Below, piece after piece: positions 1 through 12,598 of a DNA stretch of 64,000 nt. Position 1 is the first letter of the stretch. Every line of letters starts with the position of its first letter. The position numbers were made by a program, and so were the translations under genes. The stretch spans positions 13,082,001-13,146,000 of the forward strand of contig OZ059898.1 in the NCBI GenBank assembly GCA_964057225.1, read 5' to 3'. Source of the stretch: Auanema rhodensis (Eukaryota > Animalia > Nematoda). Under the pieces are notes generated by a model. That model searched no databases. It was not told the origin of the DNA and worked only from the letters and a program-made list of their open reading frames with translations.

Positions 1-705
1 ACTATAGGAATACCTAATGTAACCAGATGTGTCATCCATGCCGATGAAAAGAGCGGTGATAGTTATAGTTTACTCGTTGAAGGAACAGACTATCTATCTG
101 TTCTTTCAACTATGGGAATATATGGACAAGAAACTAAGTTTAATAATGCTCTAGTAGTTGCTGATGTTTGCATATATATTTTTGTCAATTTCAAAGCATT
201 TTGTGTTGTAGGTCCTAGGAATTGAGGCAGCAAGAACATGCATTATTGAAGAAATTATTGAAACTATGAAAGCTCATGGTATTGGATTGGATAGAAGACA
301 TGTTATGCTACTAGCAGATATTATGACCTACAGGTAAAACAGCCGGACTACTTTCCATTCTTATACATTTGTCGTTAAGAGGAGAAGTTTTGGGAATCAC
401 TAGAAATGGTTTAGTCAAGATGAAGGATTCTGTCCTACTATTAGCTTCATTCGAGAAGACCATGGATCATTTATTCGAAGCCGCTTTCTTTGCTCAGAGA
501 GATAAGGTTTTATATCAACATGTTTATGCTTAATTCACATTGTAACTTTCAGATTCATGGTGTCTCTGAATGCATTATATTAGGAACTCCAATAACTATT
601 GGAACGGGTCTTTTCAAATTATTACATAAAACAGAGAAGGCTTCTATTAACTTGAATACTAGAACACCTATATTTGAAATGCCAGAATTCAACTTAAAAT
701 TGTAA
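1..705 (+). CDS. rpc-1: RNA polymerase III largest subunit (RPC1/POLR3A), 3' end; 5' part lies outside the window
   Basis: Spliced translation ...[15 protein letters not shown]...[54 protein letters not shown]...[21 protein letters not shown] matches the conserved C-terminal region of the Pol III largest subunit; three ~45-nt introns. Confidence 0.93.
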
Positions 706-863
706 ATATTTATGGCAAAAGATGATTTAAGTTGTTATTTTGTTGTTGCTAATTGTTATTGCTCGTTGTTGTTTTCAATATAATTTTATAATATTTTTTT
801 TAATTTTAAAAGTGGTTTACAGCAATTTCATACCGAACATAGTTATTCTTCGTATTTCACGGC

Positions 864-870
864 TTTTCAG
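864..870 (+). promoter_or_regulatory. Candidate trans-splice acceptor (TTTTCAG) for PIG-F
   Basis: TTTTCAG 6 nt before ATG877, about 160 nt after the rpc-1 stop, behind a U-rich spacer typical of nematode operons. Confidence 0.55.
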
Positions 871-876
871 ATTTTT

Positions 877-1440
877 ATGCTCGGTACTTTACCACTGTTT
901 CGATTGCTTCTGGCACTATATGTTCTTTATTATTTCTTATTAGTTTGCTTCGGTGCTCCTTTATTGTCTGACATTCACGTAAGTTCACTGCCACCTGATG
1001 TCGTGCAAGTGTCATCGTTCAGGCTACATTCCGTTTGTCCACTGTTCTAGTCGTTTTAACTACAGTTCCTATCTTCCTTGCGTTCGATAAAGAAGTGACT
1101 GTAGCTGACATTGTCAGGCCATTATCGTCAGTCTTCTTATAATTCTATATCATAATCATCGAGATGATTTCAGCAAATCCAGCAAAAGTTTAGTGCGTTG
1201 TAAATTCGCGGTGATTGCAACTCTTATTGGTTGTTGGCTTGGTGCTTTTGTTATTCCTCTTGATTGGGATCGCTGGTGGCAGGTATATAGAACCATACGT
1301 TGAAGTTATGATAAAGCAACGTGTTACAGAGATACCCATACCCTAATTTGATTGGAAGTTTTATTGGCTTTTTAGCCGGCGTAGTCAGTGGAGAACTATT
1401 CTTAGTGTTTAATCCACGTACCAAGTTCGCACTTGAATAA
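877..1440 (+). CDS. pigf-1: GPI-anchor biosynthesis protein PIG-F/GPI11
   Basis: Spliced product MLGTLPLFRLLLALYVLYYFLLVCFGAPLLSDIH...GCWLGAFVIPLDWDRWWQRYPYPNLIGSFIGF; FGAPL and PLDWDRxWQ are PIG-F signatures; not in the ORF track. Confidence 0.88.
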
Positions 1441-1487
1441 GGCACACGAGTACATGGTTCTTCAAAACAGTTTTTTTATACTTTTAG

Positions 1488-3310
1488 ATGTCAGCAATAC
1501 GTCCAACCTCGGTTTCAACCAGTTCCCTGCATTCCGATGATTCTTCTTATACTGTTTCAAACGAGTAAAATATTTCATAACATCTCAGAAAGGTCAACTC
1601 AACATTCTTCCAGAGGTGTCGTTTTTGATCAATTCAAATTAGCTGACGTACCTAAGCTGAAATCAATTTTCCTTGCTGTTTTTGATAACAAATTTGGGCC
1701 AAAAATTATTTTCCAGGTAACTGACAAATAACGGTAGTTTTCAAACGAAAATCTGATGTGTCATTTCTTAGGTCCCCGAAGTAATTGTTACTGACAAAAA
1801 ATTTTCCTCATTTTCACCCGCTATTATTCCAAAAAATGAGTTACTAAACAAATTAATTAAAATTAACTTAGTCGAGTATAATGTTATTGGCTATCCTATT
1901 ATGATTCGTAAGTATTTTTCTTTTCGATTTTTGTTATATTGAATCAAAATTCAGAATCTCAAACGACGTATGAACGAGGAAAGCTCTTGTTTAATCTATG
2001 TTTTGTTGTTGATAAAGAAACTAATTTGGACTGTGTTTATGAACCTATAGTACAGAAGTGTGCTCAATATCTGAGAGAATTGGAACAGGTTCGTTGATCT
2101 CACCACTGTTATACTAGTGATACCTTTCAGGAATATCAGTTTGTTAAAAATATTATGGAAAAGCCTGAAGAAGGACAACATTTCAAAGACATTTTGCAAC
2201 AAATTTTTGACGATCTGAACTCCCGAGGTGACTATATTTTCTTTTTTTTTCAAATATTTTCAAATAACCAGGAACATGTTTGCTAAATGTCGAAGGGACT
2301 ATGACAAGCATGTACCTTAAACTCTGCCCGTCATATCGTGGAATTGAGCCCCCAAAGGTTAGTCATACCAAATAGTATGAAATCTGTTTTTTGCTATTCA
2401 GATTAGTCAGTATATGGTTCCAATGTTTATTAGGCAAATTGATCCTTTTGAGGATCCTACTCTTATCGATAGGATGGATGTTCTTTCCCAAAAGGTGAGT
2501 CAAAATTAAGCTTTTTTATAGAGCAATAATGATTTGATTATAAAGATTATTCCGAAAATTGATGGTGTTCGATGCATTCTTGAGATAGCTCATGAAGTTG
2601 ATATCGACCCTGATCTAGTCTCTCGTTGTGTAAGGTACTGCTTTCACTGAATAATCAAAGAAATGATTCATTTGCTCACAGAAATTTATATTTTTACGAG
2701 TTGGTTGATACGGTTCCTCTTTTTTTGTACTCAAACACTTATGTTGCTACAGAAAAGTTGCATAATTTTTATTGCAATGAAAAAGAAAAACAGGTATTTC
2801 CTGATGTCCTTTCACTATTTCTCAATTCGCATTTCAGATGTGTTTGGAATTTGTGCGAATTCGACTCGAAAACAATGAAAAAGGTCCTCTACCATTGTTT
2901 TCAGATGTTTTCCGTCTCTATATGAGCTTGAAAGTAAACTTCTTAGTATCAGAGAATAGATAACATTGGTGCATTTTGCAGGCAGAAGTCAATCTGATGA
3001 CTTGGTGTACCCAAACAAATCCAAGAGATTACAATGTGGATGAACGACGATTCATCCAGTTTGGTATGCATCGAAAATTCCTCAGAAAGCTATCCATCTA
3101 CCCCATAGCTATATCGAATTGTTTGTCAGAATCTGATACAAGGTATGACAGCAATCGTTTATTCTTTATCAAGAACTATCTCGCAGAATTATGAGGCTGT
3201 GCGATGGAACAAACGCATTAGAAGACTTGGCCATTGTCTATCGCATTGGACTTGACGATCTCTATCAACTTTTACAGGAAAGTAAAAAAATTGCCTTCGT
3301 TAGTAAATGA
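1488..3310 (+). CDS. nprl-2: GATOR1 subunit NPRL2
   Basis: Multi-exon; IFLAVFDNKFGPKIIFQVP, KIIPKIDGVRCILEIAHEVDIDPDLVSRCVRNLYFY, FLYSNTY and VDERRFIQFGMHRKFLRKL are typical NPR2-family segments; stop TGA 3308-3310. Confidence 0.92.
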
Positions 3311-3569
3311 ATTTTTAGTCTTTATTTTTCTTTTTACGAGTTTTGCGCTTAGGTTTTAACAGTATACATCTTATTTCTTTACCGACCTTGTTGATTTGTT
3401 GTCTATTTCTGTCAATGTGATCGCAATCCTATGTCACTTATTGGTATATCGATACTGATCGATAGTTTATCAATCGATCCGGTTTCGTTTATTGTCATTT
3501 CTTGTCACATACTTTTAAAATAAATGTGTTTTCCTTGTCATTTCACGCTCTAAAGTTCGTTTTTACCAG

Positions 3570-4449
3570 ATGGCTAAGCCTATTCTTTACTCATATTGGA
3601 GAAGTTCTTGCTCTTGGAGAGTACGTATAGGTTTGTTATCATTTATTTTCCATATTATCATCATTTTAGCTTTGAATTTGAAAGGAATTGATTATGAATA
3701 CAAAACTGTTAACTTGCTTGACCCTAATGCCTTGGTATGTCACATAACTACGGCTTAACTTTTATTTTAAAATTTATAGAATGAGTCTGAGTTTGTGGCT
3801 GCTAATCCCCTCCAAAAAGTTCCTGCTCTCGTTGTGGACGGAAAATCAATTGCCGAGAGTTTGGCTATTGTTGAATATTTGGAAGATGCTTATCCAAACC
3901 GTAACAGCTATCTTCCAAAAGATCTTCATCAGAGAGCTGCGGCCAGAGCCATTGCTCTTCATGTATCTATTGCTATTCAAGCATATGTTTGAATCATTCT
4001 CTTGTTTCAGGTTGCCTGTGGAATTCAACCCCTGCAGAATCTTGGTACTATCAAACACTTGAATGCCCAAGAAGCTGGAAGAGGCAAAGAGGTTTATTTT
4101 TATCATTTCTTCTGATTATAATTCTTTAACTATTTTGTCCAGTTTGCCACTCATGCTTTGAATGTTGGTCTCATAAAATTGGAATCATTGGTTAATCGTT
4201 CTGCTGGAAAATATTGTGTTGGTGATGAGGTCAGCATTGCCGATCTTGTGATTCCCTCCATTCTCTATAATGCCAAAAGGTTCGTGAATCATATGTTTAA
4301 TCTGATTAGCACCTACATTCCTTTTCAGATTTGGAGTAGACCTTGCACCATTCCCTACTTTGGTGAGAGTCAATGAATCTTTGAGCCAAATCCAAGCATT
4401 TAAAGATGCTGAACCTGATGTTCAACCTGACGCCAACTTAAATGCCTAA
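3570..4449 (+). CDS. Zeta-class glutathione S-transferase / maleylacetoacetate isomerase (gst-42-like)
   Basis: [61 protein letters not shown]; SSC motif is diagnostic of zeta class. Confidence 0.93.
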
Positions 4450-6213
4450 GATGTGCTGGAGATATCGTTATCTTCTAGAAATAGTGTACTTGTAATCATT
4501 TATCCCAATTTTCGGTTGCAAATCGTTATTGATAAATTGATAAATTGTTAAGATTTTTAATTTGAAGTAAATTTTTTTTGAACAACATTCCAGTTTCATG
4601 AAGACGTAGCTTCTTTCATAATATTGGGCAATTGCTTAAGAATAGCATGAAATTCTTCAGATTCCTTGTTTCTCTATCTCAATCTCTACTGTTAATACCA
4701 TTAATTGTCTTTCTATCCTCCTTAGAGTTATTTCGAAAGACTATGATGACCTTTCTCTGTTTGTTCTTTCCGGGATAGCCTGCGTAGCCTCAACAACGAC
4801 CTAAACCACGCCTATAGATTGCTTGTCGTTGTTGGCCATTCGGTACGGTTACCACTTTAGTGAACATCTTTTTTCGAATTTCCCGTTGTTCTTCGTCTGT
4901 TGCCTCATCATCTTCTCATACCCTGTCTTGAACTCAAAAGTCTTTATCGACTAATTTTTCTTCAACCTTGACAGTCTCGCTTTTGAAACTGTGTGCGATC
5001 TATTGATTCCACACACACACACTCCATACTAAGCCTTTAATGTTTTTTTCGCATAATATGCTGTCTTTACTACTAACCATAACTGTTGTCATTCGAAAAT
5101 TCAGTCATTACCAGTACGAAACCTATTATTTCTTTCTTAATACGATCTTATTATTCGTTTTTCATCTGCATGTGTGTGTATATGTGTGTGACAGCTTGAT
5201 CTTTATCGCTGATTTTGCCAAATGGTTCTCACAGTCGAAGGTGTTTGCGTGACACAGCTTCGTTTTATGTTCTGTTAGTTTTTTCGTCGGCGTTGCTCCT
5301 TCCTTTGAATCTTAAACTAATGCAATCTTGATCTGTGAAGTAATGTAACGCCCTACTCTCGCTTACCGCATTGCTTAGAAAATACTGTTTCGTATGCTAT
5401 TGTCATATCCTGGAGTGAATAGAGAAGCCTTGACACACGTCTGTTTACTCAACGAATTTTTGATTTTTTTGGCTATTTTGTTTCCTTTCATGATTTGATA
5501 ATAATATAATATTCGAAGTTATTTCTCTACCATGCTGATGATCTGTCATCGGCCTTGCCTACAAAGAGATAATAGTATGTTCAAAACGGGAAACCTGAGT
5601 ATTGACCATTGACAGCAACTTTCCCTCATCTCCTGTATTTTTCTGGTCTCTCTCTCTCTCTATCCCTCTATCTCTTTCTATTCCTCGAAATTTTAAAAGT
5701 TTTCAACTAATAAAATTTCTCTACTATGTTTCTTTCACGTCGCTATACTAGTTACCATCAATGATGACTCATTTCTCATCATCTCTTTATGTATATTTAA
5801 CGTTCTTTCTATCTTTTTCTCCCTCACAGTCCTCGTCGTTCTGTCTGTGTCACTAGGCTTCAATCCTCTATGTTGACGGGCTCTTTTCCTATGATGATCG
5901 TACCAACATAATATAAACCTGCCTTCAATCACGATATGCTGTAAATCATACCTTTACATCAGCTTTCAATTTCTAGCCTTAATCTTCCGGTTCCATCGCT
6001 TTTTTTCCAATGTTTGAATTTCATTGCTGTTTTAGAATACCACCAATAATCACCAGCGTTGTTACAAACATAATCATAATTTATTTTAGAGAGCGCTTTA
6101 TCATCATCAAATTTTTTATCATCTCGTGTTTTGTTATCGATAATATTATCGAATTTTGGTGTTTCTTCTTAGTTTTCCTTACTTGATTTCATTTCAGAAT
6201 ATTAAATTCAATA

Positions 6214-7028
6214 ATGAGAGTTTATTGTCTGTTGCTAGTTGTTGCTATTGCTGCCATTTCCGTCCAGTTAGCATATGGTCAAGAAGGTATTATACTTAAC
6301 TATAACTGGCTATATTATAATATATTCATGTTGCAGTCAGTGATCTGGTTGAATGTTTCCGCTGCTTAGGCAATGATACATCTTGTTCTGGTACATGTAG
6401 GGGCAAATATTGCTATAAGATTGAAGGATCTTCTGCCGGTATGATCGGGTTAAGATTTGTTATCATGATTCATAATTGATTTTGCAGGTTCTATGTATGT
6501 TAAGAGAGGATGCTTGAATCGTCTTGACTCATTATCAAGTGTTTGTGCTATATTATTTAAGTTTGGAAAACAAAAATACTTGCTTTCAGGTTAATAAGTG
6601 TGCGCGAAAGGATACAGGAGTTGAACTTGTTTCTGAACTGATGTGTATTTGCTCATCACCTAAGTAAGTTTTTTTTATTTGAAAATGAAAATATTTAACT
6701 TACTCAATATATTTTATTTGTATTTTCTCTTGATCTAAGCTGATTTAAAATGAAAATGCAACCGTCCTGTCCATTATTTCGAGAAAAAATAAAGAACTTG
6801 TTGCGAGTTAGTTAGCATAAAACAAACGTGAGTCCACATTTCAAAAAAATGCTAATTATCTCGTATTTTCACGATTTTATAAGTATTACAGTAAATATGT
6901 AATATTTCGATGAAAACTGATAATTCATTTCTTTTTCTTTTTTCAGATGCAATTCTTCTTCAATGTACACCTACTCTTTCTTACTTCTGATAAGCTCTTG
7001 TTTGTACATACTCAACTCGTTCATGTAA
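6214..7028 (+). CDS. Ly6/uPAR (three-finger, sleepless/quiver-like) probably GPI-anchored protein
   Basis: Five exons: signal peptide MRVYCLLLVVAIAAISVQLAYG, then ECFRC...SCSGTCRGKYCYK...VKRGC...CICSSPKCN and a hydrophobic C-terminal tail; not in the ORF track. Confidence 0.85.
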
Positions 7029-8445
7029 ATATAACATTTGCTACAAAAAATGTTAGGAGTTATAATTATCTAATTTGCTTCAAGCCATCATACTTAATTT
7101 TAGATTTTTAAAAAATCTCTGTACTTCTTCATATCCTATAATGCCTTTCGAAATTGTACTGAAAATTCGGGTAGATTATGATAACATTTTAATATTGCGA
7201 TAACTCAAATATATGTTCCTCTGTCATATTCTAGAAGATTAGCTTGTCGTTAACCTATTAGTTTCTAAGAACTCAACCTTATTCTTTTATCTAGATTAAC
7301 ATTTTTATTTTCATATTAAATATAAATATATACATATATATATAGTTTCATTGTTTTTTGTTGATTGACTGTTTACTTATATTATAAAGTTTGTACAATA
7401 TTATTAATACAGTTTAAATTATTTTCTTAATAAATCTCTTCTTATACAACTTTCTTATATATTTTTTAGCCATTTTTCTTTGACAGTTGTACTCTTCTTC
7501 AGCTTCTTCAATTCATTTGCCGAAGTTAAGAGGTTCGGGAAAAAGAGAGAGGGAGAGAGGGAGAGAGAGAGAGAACGATGCGTGTGCCATTGTGATCTTC
7601 TGGCACTCTAGATGCTTGTGGTTTCAGCAGCGTAAGAGTTCGCCTGCATACTCTCAAAAGCCGTATGGTATGAATTGGCACATCGTTGTCGTCATCAGCT
7701 TTATCCGTTTTTTTCTACGCCATCGTCGGCATGGTTATCAACATCATCGGCAGCATCACCCATCCGTCCCGCCCGCACTTTGTCCATCCATATCCACCTC
7801 CGACTATGCGCACCTCCTACACACTGATTGAAGCCTTTAACATCATCGTTGTCGACGTTGTTGTCCTCGTCGTCTGGCGATCCTGATGGTTGGTGGTAGT
7901 CGTTTCTCTCGCGTATATAGTCTCCTTCGCTCCGCCACACTCACTTATGCTTCGTTCGGTCCTTCTGCTGACTTCTTAGCAAACATGAAAAGTTGCTGCC
8001 GACATGCAGCTTAGAATTCCGTTTCTTCCTTCTCGATCTGTCGCTTATTCTCATCTTCCTTCTGATTCTTGCTCCGCTTTCTCCATCTCTCACCTTCTCG
8101 TTTAACCCTCTGTCTACAGTTATGCAACATCTTGATCTCTAATGTTCGTACCCTCCATCTATTTTTCCTCTTCATCTTTGCTTCTCCACTTCTCCATTGC
8201 TCTTTTTTCATTCCAGCACAATGTTCTCGTCGCCTCATAAACTTCTTAGAAGAGAAGAAGCAGCCTAGGCTTGTACTATCGACTTCTTTCACCCACCAAT
8301 TATTTTCATTTGCTTTCATTTACATAGTCTGTAACATATTTTCTAATTTAATATAATTTTTACTTTTCTCATCACTTATTATTACAAAATTTTTATTATT
8401 TTAATAAAAGTTCCGTGTTTCTCAACTCACCTGGTATATCACACA

Positions 8446-8448
<3 letters not shown>

Positions 8449-8488
<40 letters not shown>
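8449..8488. repeat. (CT)n microsatellite
   Basis: Uninterrupted TC run. Confidence 0.95.
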
Positions 8489-8491
<3 letters not shown>

Positions 8492-8955
8492 CATCTTGTT
8501 TTACTTCACATTATTAAAATTACTGATGCTCAAGTTGATATAAAGTTCTAAGTTTCCCAATGCTTGTATATCTTTACCGCTTTATCTCTAAAATATTTTA
8601 ATTATATTATAATCTTATTACTATTTCTAAATATAATTTTCGTTAAAAATGAAACAAAAGAAATTTTTGTAAAAAAATAAATAGAAAAATTGATTTTTGA
8701 GTTAAATCTTGAATATATCCTTTAACAAAATAAAAGTAAAATAACGCTATTTTCATAATTAACTTTGTTTTTCTGAATATGTTTTGTTTTTTTCTGGGAT
8801 TTTAGTGTAATCAAAATATTTTATTAAAATTGTTAAATATATATTATTTATAATTTTAAATAATTAGAGCATTTAATTAAGTTTCATATATGCATTAAAA
8901 GTGTCGAACTGTTGTTTTGATTAGTTTTAAACCGGTTCGTACCTTTCTGCAACCC

Positions 8956-8984
8956 TCTCTCCTTTTCTCTCTCCCTCTCTCTCT

Positions 8985-9042
<58 letters not shown>

Positions 9043-9073
9043 TTCTCTCTCTTCTTCTCTCTCTCTTTCTCTC
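8956..9073. repeat. Long imperfect (CT)n microsatellite
   Basis: CT-rich run that produces the spurious RERE ORFs. Confidence 0.95.
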
Positions 9074-12000
9074 AAAGACCCTCTCTTTTCTAACTATCTT
9101 CTTTGATCGCAGCCATTTTTGGGGCCGTCGTCTAGGTCTTCGGAATATAGTCGCCACCTTCGTCGTCGTAAAAAAGGAAACGCCCTTCTCCTTTTCTCTC
9201 TTTCTCTCTCTGTCTCTCTCTTGAATTCTCTCTGTTTTTCTTTCTCATTTTCTCTCTATACTCTTCTATAATAATAATCTTTTGTCAATTAAAAGATAGC
9301 CTTTTTCATCTTTCAGCTTTTCTTTGATTTGATTATGTTATGTTCCATCATGTTATGCCATCTAGTATGCCCTTTCATCAAACTTCATTTGTTTCCAATC
9401 AAATGATATATTCCATGTATAGTAGTTGTTACCTGTTTCTCGTACAACCCTTCGTTCCACCTATCTATGTGCTTTCTTCTTCTTTTTCTTCTTCTTCTCC
9501 GTCGTCTTCGTATTCTGCAATGCTGCCATCATGACCACAATCACATCCACTGTACCTTCTCAGAAACTAAGACCCCGATACATTGACAAAGATGCTCCAG
9601 AAAATGAAAACATCATGTATATACACAGATCATTCGTAACAATGACTTGTTCTTCATACCCTATACTGATCTACTATCAATCCTCATCACTGTATACGCT
9701 AGTTTGCCCCCATCTGATTCTCACTAACCGTCGTCGTTTCTACTTTGCCATGTTTGAAGGCAGACTTGTTCTATTGACCACAATCTGGTCGTTTTCTCCC
9801 CCATCGTTTCATTCGATTTGAGTCTCCAAAAACGCCTTTTCAATTCCTTCTGTGAACTTGCCGCACACATGTTGGCTGACTCTGTCCTCCTCTTCGGAAA
9901 TCAAAGAAATTTCACACCTTCCCTTTGCTGTTTAGAAACTGTTCGATGTGCTTAAAGATTGCAATGAATATTCTGCTTTCACACCCCAGGTCCCACCCAT
10001 CTATTCTCCAGATTCTAGCCCAAGCTATGTAGTACGAATGAATATCATTTGTTTATATCTATATTCTGAACTTTTTGTTAAAGAAACAAATAAATTTTGT
10101 TGATTAAAACATTGCTGATACACGCTTTTCATTCAGATGGTATCTATCTTCATTCAAATCTCTCCCCCTTTCTCTCACTGTTTAGCCCAATTTTCTGTTA
10201 TTTTCTTCGCCTCTCACAAGCCCATCTTTCACATTTGATTATTCTTTATCATTTAGAACTTTTTGCATCTTTTCATCTCAACTAGATATGTCGCAACGGC
10301 TATCTTTCTTATGATTTTGTGCTTATTCTTTGCCAATATTTCTTCCCAGCTGCCTCCTCGTCGTTTTCACTCATTCTGTTTGTCATATCACGGTCCTAAC
10401 CGGTCTTATCCCCCTCTCTCAATCTCTCTCTCCCTCTCTTTTTCTCTCTTTTGTCTTAGTTCTCTCTCATTTTCGAACTACTCTAATTCTCATAATCTTT
10501 CATTTTCTTACAATCTTTGTTTTCTTATACCTCTCATACAATCCTCTCAACTCTCTTAACGTCCTAGAATATGATTTTCTCGCTTGTTCTCTAGATCATT
10601 AGTGTTCTACCCACGATTACTATCTGCTAAATAGGGAAGAAAACCACAAAGCTTCTGTTGGCAAATGATATTTACATCAATAGATTGAGTCAATCATTGT
10701 ATTACATGTGCATTTCACTCAAATTCTTGTCGTGTTTTCCATCTTCTCAGCGAATTGTGTTACTTTCATAGCGCTGCAAGAAGGTGCATAATACCTGAAA
10801 ACATGCTTTGAATGGTTCTTCTGGCTGTTGAAATGTCTTTACTCATTCACCATCATCTCACTCATTCTCATTCTCTCTCTCTCTCTCTCTTTCTCTTCAG
10901 ATATCAAATGCCCCACCCATCTCTTGAGGTTTCATCCACTCAACATTTTTCATGACACTCCCACATTTCCATTTTTTTCCCTCAAAACTCATAGCCATAT
11001 CAGGAAATTGCATAACTTCCTCTAATGAACTAGAATATACAGCTCATAAGCTGATCAACATCTTCACATGAATCTCTTTTCTCTTCTATTTATCTCTTCA
11101 ATGCATTGTCTGTCTGTTTCAATAAGTACGACCAATTGATGGCTTTCTTATCCTACCGTTCAACGCTAATCAAAAATCAGCTATATATCAATCACGTATG
11201 TCAATGATTACTTGATCAGCCAATGGTTATAAAAATGTATTTAATTATATTTTTATTATGATCTTTGACTAGCTAAATTCATTTCAATCTTCTATTCTTT
11301 GACAAAAAAAGGCGAAAAGAGATATGAAAAACGTTTTGCAAGTTGTCTGACGTCGTCACCGACTTGAAACATTGTCTACTTCGTCTGTATTTCTCTTTTA
11401 TTCTTCTGGACAGTCTTCGTGCTTCATGAAGCTTGTCTCATCGAGTTATTACCTCTAGATTCTACTGTCTCCACCCTCCATTTCGTTCTTTTTGCTTACA
11501 AATTTCTCTCTTGTTCTCAGTTTTCAGGCCCAAAGCAAAACACATTCTCAGACAACTTTTTAGGTTGATTCATTTATGTTTGTTTCACCCCTATACAGTT
11601 TGCAGTAACATTATTTATAACCGTATCTTTCTGCGCTACTTACTTCCACGGTGACATACTGTGAGCAGTTTCTGATGATGAACTCTCATCTTCTTGCTTT
11701 TCTTGTGTCGTCGGTGTGAATGTCATCACATATACCACTTTAACTAACTATGAATTCAAAAACTGTCCGGACGTTTACGTTGAAGTCGTCAGGTTATAGC
11801 TAAGGAAACACCACGCCCTATTACGACCGGACGCGGTTACTCCCATGACGATGATGATGGTTCAGTTCAGCGTACTATCTGGTTTTTTAAATTAATTTGT
11901 CCTCTTAAGTAATAAATAAATAAATATTATATGTTTATATGTTTATAACTATAAATACATTCATTTTTTGTAAATATAATTAAAATAATATTCACGTAAA

Positions 12001-12103
12001 ACGTGAACGTTTAAGCAATTCTAATTATATGATAACGAGAAAAAGAGATCCAAAAAGTCATTTTCATACATGTTAACCTGCTGTACGGTTGTTTTCTCTC
12101 CCC

Positions 12104-12153
<50 letters not shown>

Positions 12154-12598
12154 ATTTCTCTATCTCTCTTTACCTATCTCTCTGTATTTCTCTCCAATTT
12201 TTAGTTTTCATAGTTCTTCTTCTTCCTTTTTTGTGTATTACTTTAAATCCTTATATGTGTATGTTCAGTTACTCTTTGTCATGAATTCTGTTCCATTTTG
12301 GCTTGTCGTTTGATACGATTCGTAGGTCGACAATGTCTTTCAGCAGTTACCCCCCTCCCACCCCCCAACCCTGATGTCTTTCTTGACAATTAGCGTAAAT
12401 GTATCGTCAAGAATAATGATCTAAGAAGAGAAAATATCTAACTGTATCGAATTAAAATTCTATTTTTCTTATTGATTTTCTAATTGTTGAATGGTTTTGA
12501 ATGTTTTTTTTTGCATCTGATTTCCATTTTCTATAAAACATTCGCCTTATAACAATAAAAGTACTTTTAATCTTTTTACATTCAATTTCTATTTATAG

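Noticed and set aside
7487-8356. Overlapping ORFs of 66-114 aa
   Set aside because: Low-complexity translations of purine/pyrimidine-skewed DNA; no coherent exon chain or family motif
8884-9157. RERE-repeat ORFs
   Set aside because: Translation of a CT/AG microsatellite
9426-11881. Candidate signal-peptide first exons for the CX gene (~9430-9616 and 11675-11881)
   Set aside because: Plausible, but their best donors are phase 2 and the 12599 acceptor is phase 0; I could not establish a confident junction
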